Shown: positions 14,288 through 30,884, counted from the first letter of the stretch. The stretch: 64,000 nucleotides of DNA from the human T2T-CHM13v2.0 reference genome, Homo sapiens (GCF_009914755.1 NC_060942.1), one strand, 5' to 3'. Numbers and translations: made by a program. Notes: generated by a model not told the origin, from the sequence alone.

Positions 14288-15602
14288 GACTGAAACTTTA
14301 AAAAAAGTGTTTAGTTTGCATTTCAAGTAAGGTCTCAACAGTCCAAGAATCAGTGTCTTAGGGTGGGCTAAAAGGAATTAGGGCTTTCCTAGCACCTCGA
14401 GGTGCTCCTCAGTGTCCCTGCTAACTCTGGAGTGGGAAAACTTTCCCACTGATGTGGAAGGCCCTACTTCCTTCAATCCTAACTTTAGAAAGAGAAACTT
14501 TCTCCTTATGTCACATGTGTTAACAGCTTGAAAAAACATACACCAATACATTAAAAATGTATTCAGGGTATAGTATTTTATGTTATTTTATTTTAGCTTG
14601 TTTGTATTTTCTGTTTTCCCCTATAGTGAACATATATTGCATTTGTAATAACAACAAAAATGAAACAGAGAAAGAATAATTTAGGATAGATGTTGCCCAT
14701 GTTTTCATGATGATCTAAACACATAATGCTCTGTTTTGTTCTTTACTGGTAATGTTTAAAATTGATATGAAACAATTAAATGTAGATTCAAATAATTAAA
14801 TGAAATAATATTTAGTATGTAAATAGGTTTATATTTTAATTATCAGAAGCTATTCCCCCATTCAAAGTAGCAGAATGAAAAATAATGCAGATGCCTTTGC
14901 TGTATACCAATACATTATTTTTGTTTTAAAGCTATAATTACACAAACTCATACAAAGAAAACACCAATAAAAGCTCAATCAGTACTGATGCAACATACTA
15001 AAAGCCACATAGTGACTTGGCTGCCTTTTACTAAACTTCAAAAAGCATTGTTCGAACCCCAGCAGAACATTCACTGTTAGTGTTCTTAAGTGTCGTTCTC
15101 TTAATAACTGAGAAGTTGTGTTCTGCCATAACTCCACCTCATTAGTATTGGCACATTTTCATTGATTTCTAAACACTGATTAGAAAATACAGCACCTACT
15201 TGTGTGACATCATTAGCCTTAACAAATTATAAAGACTGCTTGAAATCCTGAAATCCACTGAAACCTTTAGGAAGAGTGTGTGAAGGGAAGCCTTAAACCA
15301 CCATAAACATGCATGTTGTGTTTGTTAATACTTCCCCAATAGGAACAAAGAAGTGCAAAGCTAATGCCAGTCTTTAGGCTCCTGTTTCAGCTTAGAAAGG
15401 GATGAGTAACTATAACAACAACAATTAGTCTTTATTAATGCTACTATTATTGATTCCTAACTTGCTGGTTAAAGGGCCATGAATATCCCAGTACTATTTT
15501 TTACCATATTATGAGCAGCTTATGATAACAAGGGACAAGACACCACTTCCACCCACCAATGGGCCACTCTGGATAGAAAAGGAAGGCTGCTTGTATGGCT
15601 TT

Positions 15603-15924
<322 letters not shown>

Positions 15925-16044
15925 TGCTTATGGCTTTATTTTCTAAAAAAAAAAAGTGATTTCATTTCGGTCATCTATGACTCGTATCATCTCTATTGAA
16001 TAACTATTATTATAACCACTTCATATCAAAGGCATTCATTCACT

Positions 16045-16160
16045 CATGTAAGCATTTCGAGGGCAGGAATTCTTGTCTATTTGTTGCTCTGTTTTATCTT
16101 GAAACTCTAGAGCTATATATGGAACATAGTTGGCACTCAATAAATGTTTGTTGAGTGAGG
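16045..16160 (+). mobile_element. L2 3' end
   Basis: tgtaagcatttcgagggcagg...catagttggcactcaataaatgtttgttgagtga. Confidence 0.75.
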
Positions 16161-17703
16161 GAACTAGCATGCCAAGAATCTATGTAATTTACCCAAGATC
16201 TCACAGTTATTAACTCATGTGGCAAGAGGCCAAACCAGTTATTTTTAAATTTAAATTTTGAATCCTTCCTATAATAAAATAAAGCATTACATTCATAAAG
16301 AGAATAATTCATAAGGAAACTAATTATATACCCCTGGATTTGAGAAGAATACCATTTCCAAAATCAGGAAAAAAAAAAACCAAAATATTTAAAAATATGT
16401 GGGCTAATATGACAACATTCATTCACAGGACACTATAAACATGTTAAAATTTATATGGATTGAAAACTATTGTTTATTACATAAAAGATGAGCAAAAGGC
16501 TCATTGCTGTGATTTGTACAAACCTTAGGTAGCAGAAAGGAATAGTGTAAATAATTTGATTAAAAAATTAATAGAAGATGCAAATAGGAATCCACCAAAA
16601 AGTAAATTGCCATAACCTATAAACATATGAAATAATTATTCATGTTATGAATAGTTTTTTAAATGAAAATTGAAGCCACAATGAAATATCAATTTTATAT
16701 TCAAGATGAGCATAGTAACAACCACAAATAAACAAATAATGGAATCTACTGTTAAAGATGATTTACATACAAAATTGAGAGTAAATGAATAGCTTATATA
16801 ATCTGGAATTATCTATTATCATTTTAAAAATTATAAATTACATTTGCCTCTGTCTTCCATTATTGATTTTCTATTGTACAGAAAAAATATTAAAGTATAT
16901 TTATTTAAGAACATTAAGACCAAGATAGAATTTCTATCATTTATTTTAAAATTATGACATTTAAACTGCTATTACATAAAACTGTTGATAGAGGGTTTCA
17001 TATTAAAAATTTTAAATTATTAAAATAATATAAGTTGTTCAAACTGTAGTGTACTTAAATTTTTACTTGTATGACATTGGAGAAATTAAGGAGCAATATC
17101 AAGTATTTAACTTTAGTTACTCCAATTGGTGAAGGGACATGTTAAGTAAATGAGATAAAGAACGTTTTCATATATGCTTTGATGGTTTTGATAAGTATAT
17201 TTAATACACATAATTTAAGCTGGCTATCCTTTTATTTCCTCCTATTAGCCAGACATTTCATGTGCTCTGTTTATTCTGTTAACTTTATTCAATCGAGAAT
17301 TATTAGCCAAATATTTCAGAGTAGAAAATTTTAATTACATTATCTTAAAGATGTTAAACAATGCTTTTCAAGGCCACAAAAAAAGAAAGAGTATATAATC
17401 ACATCCAATTCTATCTCCTCCAAAGTTAATTTTAACAACTATAGCCTATTGTGGTATTAAAATGTACTAGCAATCAGTTCTGAGTAATGTGCCTATCCGT
17501 GGATAAGAGCTTCCAGTTCTGGGTAAGGAATTCAGGTTTCAATTAAGGTGAACTAAACACCCTCCACTCAATCCTTTCCACTGATAACGAACTAAAAACC
17601 CTGGAGAGAATGCATAAGACAACTCTCCGAATTCATTGAAAGGTAAATAATGGCTGCTGGATTGGACAGGTAAATCAAAATTCAAATATGACAGGTAAGC
17701 CTC

Positions 17704-17741
17704 TTTTTTCTTTCTTTCTTTTTTTTTTTTTTTTTTTTTTT
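17704..17741. repeat. Poly(T) tract
   Basis: Directly visible. Confidence 0.9.
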
Positions 17742-19742
17742 CCCTTCTCATCTCTTCCAAGTTAGACTCAGCATAACCCAAATCTGGAAATGTGCATCAG
17801 GCAAGTGCAGAAAAAGATGCAAGATAAACTCTCTCTGGACAGATATCTGAGCAGGGGCCCCTCTGCAAAACAGAGAGACAAAACACCCCTGTGTTCGTTC
17901 TGATTTTCTTCTCTTTGTCCTACCCCAACGCAAGCCCCAGTCTTGATGCTCCACTTCTGTGATGGTAGCCAGGCACTGCAACAGTGGCTTTGAAGGCACC
18001 TGAAACTGAGAGAGAAAATGAATCCTCCCTGACCAGAGAAACTGGGGAAGCGGACTCCTTGATCTGAAGAGTGTAGGAAGAATCCCTGGTTCTTATTCCC
18101 CTCTCCTTTCTCCCACTATTTTGCCCCAAATGCAGGTAAAGTAACCAGATGTTGAAAAGAATGCAGGTTGGCAAAATCTTGGCTTTCTAGCCTCAGAATT
18201 CAGGAAAAAGATTGGGGAAAGCCTTGGGAGATGGAAAGTCTGAGGCGAATCATGAATAGGAGGGAGCTCTGGAAAGTGATTCCATAGGGTTGCTTATGAA
18301 GTGCCCAGCACCCTCAGGGTATAATGCATGAAAATATCCCCAAATAGCATACCACCAACTTTGAGAGCTGAACTGTGATGTAGACCACCATGCAGGTCTC
18401 AGACTGGACCCAAGCAGGTGCTAACACTGGCCAAATCAGAAGAGCTCAGAAAAGCTTTGAAAATTCAATCTATAGAATATTAAATGTAAAGTGAAAAACA
18501 AAAACAAAACAAAACAGAAAAACCTTAGACCAAGATGACTCACTGGTGAATTCTACCTAGCAGTATAGGAAAAAAATAATATTCATGACATTCACGACAT
18601 TGTCCAGAAAATATAACAGCAAGATTTCTTCCCAATTTATTTTATAAGACCAGGGTTACTCTTACCATAAAACAAGACAAAGGCAATCCAAGGGCTGGGG
18701 CACTATTGAGTAATAACTTTCATGAACAAAGATGAAACAAATCCTTTAAAAATATCGTTAATTTTAATCTAGCAATACATAAAAATAATACATCATGAAT
18801 GCAAGGGTGATTCAATATTTTAAAAATATTATCAATGTAGCTCACCATTTAAGTCTTTTAACAACTAAATAAGAAAAAATATACACACATTAACATGTGG
18901 ATAAAATTGTTCAACAAAATTCACGTGCATGATGATAAAAAAAAACCTAGAAAAGAAAGACCCATTCTTGACTTATAAAAGAAGATTTATGAAAAATCAC
19001 AGCTAATATCACACTTAATGATAATATTCTTCTTTTTCTCTTTTTTTTTAAATTGTACTTTAAGTTCGTGGGTAGGTGTCCAGAACATGCAGTTTTGTTA
19101 CATAGGTATACGCGTGCCATGGTGGTTTGCTGCACCCATCAACCCATCATCTACATTAGGTATCTCTCCCTTGCGACCCACCCCCAGCAGGCCCCAGTGT
19201 GTGATGTTCCCCTCCCTGTGTCCATGTGTTCTTATTTTTCAACTCTCACTTATGAGTGAGAACATGCAGTGTTTGGCTGTCTATTCTTGTAATAGTTTGC
19301 TGAGAATGATGGTTTCCAGCTTCATCCATGTACCTGGAAAGGACATGAACTCATCCTTTTCTTTGGCTGCATAGTATTCCATGGTGTATATGTGCCACCT
19401 ATTCTTTATCCAGTCTATCATTGGTGGACATTTGGGTTGGGTCCAAGTCTTCGCTCTTGTGAATAGTGCCACAATAAACATACGCGTGCATGTGCCTTTA
19501 TAGTAGAATGATTTATAATCCTTTGGGTATATACCCAGTAATGGGATGGCTGGGTCAAATGGTATTTCTAGTTCTAGATCCTTGAGGAATGACCAGTGAT
19601 GATGAGCATTTTTTCATATGTCTGTTAGCTGCATAAATGTCTTCTTTTGAGAAGTGTCTGTTCATGTCCTTTGCCCAGTTTTTGATGGGGTTGTTGTTTT
19701 CTTATAAATTTGTTTAAGTGCTTTGAAGATTCTGGATATTAG

Positions 19743-21164
<1,422 letters not shown>

Positions 21165-21166
<2 letters not shown>

Positions 21167-22383
21167 TGAAACTATTCCAATCAGTAGAAAAAGAGTGAAT
21201 ATTCGCTTTTATGAGGCCTGCATCATCCTGATACCAAAGCCTGACAGAGACATAACAAAAAAAGAGAATTTTAGATCAATATCCTTGATAAACATTGATG
21301 AAAAAATCCTCAATAAAATACTGGCAAACCAAATCCAGCAGCACATCAAAAAGCTTACCCACCGTGACCAAGTGGGCTTCATCCCTGGGATGCAAGGCTG
21401 GTTCAACATACGCAAATCAATAAATGTAATCCAGCATATAAACAGAACCAAAGACAAAAACCACATGATTATCTCAATAGATGCAGAAAAGGCCTTTGAC
21501 AAAATTCAACAGCTCTTCATGCTAAAAACTCTTAATAAATTAGGTATTGATTGGACATATCTCAAAATAATAAGAGCTATTTATGACAAACCCACAGCCA
21601 ATATCATACTGAATGGGCAAAAACTGGAAGCATTCCCTTTGAAAACTGGCACAAGACAGGGATGCCCTCTCGCACTACTCCTATTCAACATAGTGTTGGA
21701 AGTTCTGGCCAGGGCAATCAGGCGGAAGAAAGAAATAAAGGGTATTCAATTAGGAAAAGAGGAAGTCAAATTGCCCCTGTTTGCAGATGACATGATTGTA
21801 TATTTAGAAAACCCCATCGTCTCAGCTCCAAATCTCCTTAAGCTGATAAGCAACTTCAACAAAGTCTCAGGATACAAAATCAATGTGCAAAAATCACAAG
21901 CACTCTTATACACCTATAACAGAAAAATAGAGAGCCAAATCATGAGTGAACTACCATTCAGAATTGCTTAAAAGAGAATAAAATACCTAGGAATCCAACC
22001 TCAAGGGATGTGAAGGACCTCTTCAAGGAGAACTACAAACCACTGCTCAATGAAATAAAAGAGGACACAAACAAATGGAAGAACATTCCATGCTCATGGA
22101 TAGGAAGAATCAATATCATGAAAATGGTCATACTGCCCAAGGTAATTTATAGATTCAATGCCATCCCCATCAAGCTACCAATGACTTTCTTCACAGAATT
22201 GGAAAAAACTACTTTAAAGTTCATACAGAACCAAAAAAGAGCCCACATTGCCAAGACAATCCTAAGCCAAAAGAACAAAGCTGGAGGCATCATGCTACCT
22301 GACTTCAAACCATACTACAAGGCTATAGCAACTAAAACAGCATGGTACTGTTACCAAAACAGAGATATAGATGAATGGAACAG
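21165..22383 (+). mobile_element. Inverted 5' part of the same L1PA (ORF2 reverse transcriptase fragment, disrupted)
   Basis: ORF 21195..21971 has RT motifs ([21 protein letters not shown]); the stop at 21971 and the shifted ORF 22010.. show it is non-functional. Confidence 0.95.
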
Positions 22384-23187
22384 TATAGTTTCTTTCGCTG
22401 TGCCAAAGCTCTTTAGTTTAATTAGACCCCATTGGTCAACTGTGGCTTTTGTTGCTGCTGCTTTTCGTATTTTAGATATGAATTCTTTGCCCATGCCTAT
22501 GTCCTGAATGGTATTGCCCAGGTTTTCTTCTAGGATTTTTATGGTCCTAGGTCTTACGTTTAGGTGTTTGATCCATCTTGAGTTGATTTTTGTATAAGAT
22601 GTGAGGATTGGGTTCTTTCAGTCTTCTGCATATGGCTAACCAGTTTTTCTAACACCATTTATTAAATAGGGAATCGTTTCCCCCTTGCTTGTTTGTGTCA
22701 GGTTTCTCAAAGATCCGATGGTTGTAGATGTGTGTTGTTATTTCTGAGCCCTCTGTTCTGTTCCATTGGTCTACATATCTGTTTTGGTACCAGTACCATG
22801 CTGTTCTGATGTTTTTCCCTTAAGAGCAGAAATAATGCAAGGATACCTTCTGTCAACACCACTGTTCAATACTGTACTGAGAGTCTCAGCAACTGGAATA
22901 AGACAAGTAAATGAGTTTATAAAAATTATACGCACCAAAAAGAAAAAATAAAATTGTCTTTATATGCAGGTGACAAAATTGTTTTTGTAGAAAATCCCCA
23001 AGAATCTACAAAATTACTTTTGAAACTGGTAAGTGAATTTAGCAATGTCCCAGACACAAAGTTCATATAAAAAAGTCAATAGCATTTCTGTATACCAGTA
23101 TTAAAAATATATAATCTGACATTTAAAAAATGTTATTTATATACCTCCCCAAAATTAAAAACTGATGTATAAATCTAACAGAATATT

Positions 23188-23298
23188 TTATATATATTAT
23201 GTATGTATGTATATGTAGAAACTATATATATATATATATATATATGCAGGTTCTATATATGTAGAATATATGTAGAACCTATATATGCAGAAAACTAT
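23188..23298. repeat. TA-rich simple repeat
   Basis: (TA)n with repeated tatatgtaga / tatatgcag units. Confidence 0.8.
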
Positions 23299-23384
23299 AA
23301 AACAATGATGAAAGAAATCAAAGAAGTTCTAAATGAGTGAAGACATTTACTGACTGTGTTCATGGATTAGATGAATAAATATCG

Positions 23385-23650
23385 TTTTGTTTTTTTTTTT
23401 TGAGACAAATGCTCTTGCTCTGTCACCCAGACAGGAGGGCAGTGGTGGGATAAGGCTCACTGCAACCTCAACCTCCCAGGCTCAAGTGATCCTCTCACCT
23501 CAGCCTCCCAGGTCTGCAGGTGCAAGTCACCAGGCCTGGCTAATTTTTTTTTTTTTTTGTAGAGACAGGGTCTCACCATGTTGTTCAGGCTGGTCTTGAA
23601 CTCTTGGGCTCAAGTGATCCTCCTGCCTCAGCCTCCCAAATTGCTAGGAC
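23385..23650 (-). mobile_element. AluJ-like, 5'-truncated
   Basis: caggctcaagtgatcctc, gacagggtctc. TSD taaatatcgtt (23376-23386) / taaatatcatt (23651-23661). Confidence 0.9.
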
Positions 23651-23663
23651 TAAATATCATTAA

Positions 23664-24043
<380 letters not shown>

Positions 24044-24801
24044 TAACAACTTGATTTTTTAATTTATGTGGAAAGACCAAAATACTTGAACAGCCAAAAC
24101 AATTTTTCAATTGATACATAATTACTATATATATTTATAGGGTGCATGTGTTAATCAGAGCACTCATATTAGCTAATTTCAACTTTTACTATAAAGTTAC
24201 AGTAATCATAAAATCATAGTATTGATGAAGGAATAGATACATAGATCAATGAAGATCAATGTAAATAAATAGAACATCCAAAAATGGATCCACCTAAACA
24301 TGGCCAATTGACATTTTTAAAATGTGTAAAGAAGATTCAATGGCCTAAAATATTTCTTTTATCACTAAATAGTGCTGGAAATAATGGACATCAGATGAAA
24401 AACAATGAACCTAGAGCTATTTCTCACACCTTATACACAAAGTTAACTCAAGTAGGTAATAGACTTGAATACAAAATGTAAAACTATAAAATACAAAAAT
24501 AAACAGGAGATGATCTTCACAATGTTGCCTTAGGAAAATAATTCTTCAATATGTCATAAACATGGTCTATAAAATAAATAAATCTATAACTTTCACTTAG
24601 GCATATTTAAAAGTTTGCGTTGTGTCAGACATTGTGATATAATAAAAAGTCAAGCTATACTTGGAATAAAATATGTGCAAATCATAGAAATTTTAATGAA
24701 TTTATGTCATATATATATGTTTTGTTTTTCTAGTCATAAAAATGAGAGAACACATGACAATCTAAAAAAGAACTTGGGAAGGTTTTCTTTTAAGACATTT
24801 C

Positions 24802-25571
24802 ACATTCCCACCAACAGTGTAAAAGTGTTCCTATTTCTCAACATCCTCTCCAGCACCTGTTGTTTCCTGACTTTTTAATGACTGCCATTCTAACTGGTGT
24901 GAGATGGTATCTCATTGTGGTTTAGATTTGCATTTCTCTGATGGCCAGTGATGATGAACATTTTTCCTAATTCAACCATTGTGGAAGACAGTGTGGCGAT
25001 TCCTCAAGGATCTAGAACTAGAAATACCATTTGACCCAGCCATCCCATTACTGGGTATATACCCAAAGGATTATAAATCATGCTGCTATAAAGACACATG
25101 CACATGCATGTTCATTGCGGCACTATTCACAAAAGCAAAGACTTGGAACCAACCCAAATGTCCATCAATGATAGACTGGATTCAGAAAATGTGGCACATA
25201 TACACCATGGGATACTATGCAGCCCTAAAAAAGGATGAGTTAATGTCCTTTGTAGGGACATGGATGAAGCTGGAAACCCTTATTCTGAGCAAACTATCAC
25301 AAGGACAGAAAACCAAACACCGCATGTTCTCACTCATAGGTGGGAATTGAACAATGAGAACACTTGGACACAGGGTGGAGAACATCACACACAGGGGCCT
25401 GTCATGGGGTGGGAGGAGTGGGGAGGGATAGCACTAGGAGAAATACCTAATGTAAATGAGGAGTTAATGGGTGCACCACACCAACATGACACATGTATAC
25501 ATATTTAACAAACCTGCACGTTGTGCACGTGTACACTAGAAATTAAAGTATAATAATTTTTTTTAAAAAAA
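24802..25571 (+). mobile_element. L1PA (L1PA5-like) 3' fragment with 5' inversion
   Basis: ~24802-24966 is antisense L1. 24967-25571 is the sense ORF2 C-terminus (ORF 24979..25350 ends MFSLIGGN), 3'UTR and A-tail. Confidence 0.93.
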
Positions 25572-26519
25572 GCACAGGGCTAATTAAAATTCTCAGTTGA
25601 TCCTTAGGTCTCATATGTGTTTAAGCTTATTCTCCTTCCAAATGTTTTGCAGAGATACAAAAATAAAACAAAAGGGATTGACTTATATATCACCATGACC
25701 TTTCTGTCTACATACTGATGAAGATAATGAGCAGTGAAACAGAAAGCGTAGGCAGAAGAAGGGAAAAGAAGGGCTCAAGATGATCTGCTAGCATGTTGGG
25801 CTTAGCATAATCATAAAATTGACTGCATTTGAATAATCTCTTTCCAAATTAAATGAGGATTAAGTGTCCAAATTTTATTTTGGAAGAAACTAAACACCCA
25901 CGTCAAGCCCCAAAATATTCAATCCTTACCCTTCCAAAACTGCCTGATTATCTTACACTAAATTATTCCATTAGCAATGAAGTTTTCATTGCCTTTGGGC
26001 AAGAAGGCAGAGAAGATTACCGAATGCGGTCTGGTACTTTTATACAATGCAGCTATGACTTTGCCTCTTGAGTACACAGTAGGAAAGAGTACTGCAACAC
26101 TGTTTTATCTAAACTGGCTTATACTCAGATGACACCAAGCCATATAAACAGGAAAAGAAGTGTACTAGAAATGTATGGGAAATGTACTAGATATTCCCCA
26201 TCAAAAGTAAATGTAAAATCTGGGTTTGTTGTAAATCAGAGACAGCAATTCTGAAATAAAGGGAAGGATAGAAAATAAAGAAAAAAAAAACAACCACATT
26301 TCACAAAACCAAGATAAATGAAAGGCAAATCAGCACATGAAAACATGCTAAATGTAATTTGTCATTAGGGAAATAATACTAAAATTAAATGTCATGAGAC
26401 ATCTATTGGAAGGTTTAAAATATTTTGAAAATACACGTACTGGCAGCGTGCTTAGTTCTGCCTTTCATTAGGAATGCATTTTTTAGTTATAGTAAAAGTT
26501 ACTGGTCAAGAAACATTTG

Positions 26520-27340
26520 GGAAAGTGATCCATCATCAACTATTGAAATTATCACACTTTCCTCACTGCACTGCAATGTCAACTTTGGCATAAATAATCT
26601 AATGGAATATATGTGCTTCTGGACTCTTACTGCGTATTCATCTCTTAGTCTGTATTCCTGCCAAATCTGCCCAATAAATATTAATATTGATAGAGTTCAA
26701 GAGCATAGTATAAATGTTTCCATTTTATTCTAGCAAACTGCCATGGCTACTCTTGGGCATAAGTTTTTCCTTACTTATTTAGAATTTTTTTTTAACTGTG
26801 ATCTTATCTCCCAAAGAACTCCTAGGATTTTGACTGAGATTGTTTGGACTTATAGATTAACATGGGGGGATAATCTATTATAACTAATATATAGCTATTA
26901 GTTATATCTTTAAAATATTTAGTCTGTCAACCTTTGAATATAATTTTCTTCCATTAAGTTAGGTCTCCTTTAATATCTTTCACAAATGTCATGTGATTTT
27001 TTAACACAGAGGTTTTGCACATCTTTTGTAAAATTCATGCCCAAGCCTTTGATATTAATGAATTCTATTTGTGAGATATTGTTTTTTTAATCTGTTTCCC
27101 GTTAGCATATAGAAATATGCTTAAATTTTGTATATTGACCTTGTCCTTAGAAAAATGGCTGAATTTATTATTTCTAAAAGTTTGTCCATAGATACTTTTG
27201 AGTTTTCTACATAGGCAATGATGACATCCATAAGTAATGAAAGTTTTGATTCTCTTCCAGTTGTTATTATCCCTTCATTTTTTTCCATGCTTTGTACTGG
27301 ACAGAATCTCTAGTCTAATGATAAATGGAAACGATACAGT
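26520..27340 (-). mobile_element. Ancient L1M fragment
   Basis: T-rich, with ggattttgactgagattg, ttttgcacatcttttg, ttttgtatattgacctt and ttttctacatag motifs of antisense ORF2. Confidence 0.7.
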
Positions 27341-28519
27341 AAGAACCCTTCATTCTATAACTATCTAATGAAACAAATTCACTTTTAAGTATCCATTAAG
27401 TGGAGTCAAAATTTCTCAAAAGAAGGGGAAAAGTTAAAAAGTGATGTAATTTAAATTTCACTCAAAATTTATTTCTTTTAGCCTATTACATTATTTACTT
27501 ACCTAGAGTATAATAATGCATGCATATTATAATAATTATAGCTAATGTAAAACTGAGATTATTAAAATATTAGATAAATATGGATCACTTTTAAGACAGA
27601 ACATTAATTTAAGGAAATAAAATATATTTGTTCCTTCTCAAGTTGACTATGCTCAATTTATTGTTTTTAGCAGCTGCATTCTAGCTATTAGCAAGCACAA
27701 TTGAGTTTAGTGACAGCACAAATCCAGAAGGTCATTTACATAAAATAGAAGTGAGATATTCTGAAACATAAATCCCAGAGTATGCAGAAATGAAAAAGAA
27801 AGCTTGATGAATAATTCTTTCTATTTAATTAAGAATGATTCAACATCTACAAACAGAAAAAAAAATCGATCTGTCTTCAAATTATGTCACTTGTGAGGAA
27901 TAAACCAATTCTCAAAGCATAATATAGAGAAGAAAAATTGCATTGTTTAGAGAGCATATTAGCTACTTTGAATTCCAGAGAATTAAAACAAAGACCATGC
28001 ACTGACATGCAGCTCTCACGTAATTTCAAATCATAATTTATCTCTACACAGTCAAACTCAGAAATGTCCCCGTCCCCACAGCTGATAACTGACTTCATCT
28101 TCATAAGCACTGTATGTATGTAGTTTATATACTGTGTATATAAACACAGACACAAAATATCTGCTCTTATTTGTATATATCATTTATTTTGGAGCCCACA
28201 AATAAATGATAGACATTTTGTGGATATATACACTGGGCATATATCCACAAACAATTTTGTAAGTCATACTATAAAGCCTTCAGAATGCCAGTATGCAGAC
28301 ATTTTCCTAATGTATTCTACAATTATTAAACTTTAATTTGATGAAAAGTGATATACAAGGGAAAGAATAGAATTGTGACATGGAAATCAGTTCCTTGCAA
28401 AAATTGAATCTGGTCACTGTTGTTAAATTTTGAAGTATGATCTAAAGATTAAACTCAAAAAATATTGTAACATTTGTTATCTTAACATTTAATAGATTCC
28501 TTTTTCCCTACTATATTTG

Positions 28520-28640
28520 GTTTCTACTCCTGCCGTAACAACCTAAGATTATGTGACTTAAACAGTCCGAATAGTCAGAAACACTATTCGGGTCTCACCA
28601 GTTTATTATAATCAAGGTGTTGCCATGGCTGCATTCTTTT
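28520..28640 (-). mobile_element. MLT1-type LTR fragment
   Basis: ctgccgtaacaa...gacttaaaca...ggtctcacca...aatcaaggtgttg...gctgcattct. Confidence 0.45.
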
Positions 28641-28649
28641 TCAAAAAAA

Positions 28650-29017
28650 ATTAATTTTTGTGGATACATAGTAGGTGTATATATTTACAGGGTACATGAG
28701 ATGTTTTGAAACAGGCATGCATTGTAAAATAATCACATCATGGAAAATGGGGTATCCACCCCCTCAAGCATTTATCCTTTGTTTTACAAACAATCCCATT
28801 ACACTCTTTTAGTTATTTTAAAATGTACAACTAAATTAGTATTGACTGCAGCTACCCTGTTGTGCTATCAAATAGTAGGTCTTATTCATTCTTTTTATTT
28901 TTTATACCCATTCATTATCCCTACTGCCTCACATCCCCCCACTACCCTTCCCAGCCTCTGGTAACCATCATTCTGCTCTCTATGTCCATGAGTTCAATTT
29001 TTTAGATCCCACAAATA
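28650..29017 (-). mobile_element. L1MA 3' end
   Basis: gtaggtgtatatatttacagggtacatgagatgttttga...cccttcccagcctctggtaaccatc...tagatcccacaaataag. Confidence 0.85.
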
Positions 29018-29179
29018 AGATCCCACAATTAGAAACTGGATGGAGAAAACATAATAAAAAGATAATTCAACTGTGTTTGAGAAAGAGAATCCTATGAGAA
29101 AAGGCCCATCCAAAAGAGTTAGCATTGTGTGCATATGCAGACATAATTGTGATTTTTAAACCTGGTAAGTAGCCAGATG

Positions 29180-29705
29180 GCAGTTCAATCAGCTGTCAGT
29201 CGTGTGAGCATCTCAAAATCAAGATGGTTTAAACAACAATCATTTATTTAATTCATATTTCTGTGGGTTGGAAATTTGGGCTGAGCATTGATAGATGGTT
29301 TTTCTGATCTGTACTAGGTTTGGCTGACCTTGGCTGGGCTTACACATGTGTCAAGGTCAACCTCCTGTCATCTGGACTGGTTGGCTTAGGGTAGTCTCTT
29401 TAGGACAGTTTGCCTCTCCTCTGTATTATGCCTCATCTTCCAGCTGGAGAGGTTGGAGCTTGTTAAGCAGTGGCTCAGAAGATTCCTAAGGAGCAGCAGA
29501 GAATTCAAGGCCTCCTGAAGCCAAGGCATGAAACTGGCATGAGGTCACCTTCTGATGCGTTCTATTGCTCAAAGCAAGCCACAAGGCCCATCCAGAGGCA
29601 AGGAGTAAGAAAATGGCTTCTGTTTACTGATGGGAAGAACCGCAAAGTCACATTGTAACAAACCATGGGTATGAGGAAGGAAATAACCATCGCCATCTTT
29701 ATGAC
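29180..29705 (-). mobile_element. MLT1-type LTR
   Basis: ggtttaaacaacaatcatttattta...ctgtgggttggaaatttgggctg...aaagcaagccacaaggcc...gatgggaagaaccgcaaagtcacattg. Confidence 0.7.
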
Positions 29706-30840
29706 CTATGGCTGGATTCAAAATTGGAGGAAAAAAAAAACAAAAAAACAGAAATACGATGTTAATTATCAAGCCCTCATAGGCTCTAATATTAATGTTT
29801 CTTGGTTAGAACTTTTCTGGTTTTAATTAAGAACTTTGTGTTGACTGGTGTAGGTCAAAATGATAATTTACTTAAATAGTATCTCACAGTTTCTGAGGAC
29901 AAAATGTAACTGCTTTTATTCTGGTTCTTTTGTGGATTTTCACGGCATAAATATGGTTGTTTAAGTGTGTATTCTGTTTTGTAATCTTTAGTGCATTTTC
30001 ATGGATATAACCGGCTGGCTGGTAGTATAATTTTTAAAACACATATTCCCTATCATTAACTTAATAGATTTTAGGACTCAATCTAATATAACCGCCATAA
30101 TTGTTTAAAGAAAATATTGTTAAAAAGAGTAGCCAGCTCTTTGATGACGACTTCACTTATTAGTTTTTATTTTATCTCTACTGATTCCTGGAACAAAAAT
30201 TCAATTAAATTTTTAAAGTTGGGAATGTTGTAATTCCTCAGTGCTTATGTGCATATGAACATCTTTCTGCTCCTTTTAACTTGGGTAATATTCTGGATAG
30301 GTAGAAAATGTTAAACGTATCCATGTGTCTTTAAAACTGGAAAATTATTTTTTACTATCTTCTGGCATCTAGTGTTATGAGAAGTGAGGCCCGTCTCACT
30401 TTTCTCCACAGCTTCAAAGATTAAATGTGTTCTGTCTAGATGTGTAAGATAGTCTTTTATTTTTAGAAAGATTTTTTAATATTAGGAACTCAGCTTATAT
30501 TAGAAGAATGAAAAATACAGCTCTGTGTTCATAATTTCATATTACTTTTTCTCTATACACAGTAGCCATTCTTAGTTCATGATAAATTTTCATTGTGTTC
30601 TCCCCTATAGAAATAGTGGTTATACACAGTCTTTGCCTAACCTAGATTTAATTTCTATATCACTTTATTTTTATTCTATTGCACACTTGTATTTATTCAT
30701 TTTTTATGCATTTTTCTATTAACGGACCCATTTTTTTCCAAAAATCATTGATTCTACAAATCACCTCTCATAAAATATTTTAAATTTATAAAATTATTTT
30801 ACCCTTTTCCTGGTCTCTTTAATGCTCTCTGTTTTAGATT

Positions 30841-30842
30841 AC

Positions 30843-30884
<42 letters not shown>

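Noticed and set aside
21195-21971. 258-aa reverse transcriptase ORF as a functional gene or novel RT system
   Set aside because: It is an internal L1 ORF2 fragment with a non-ATG start, a premature stop and no promoter or endonuclease domain.
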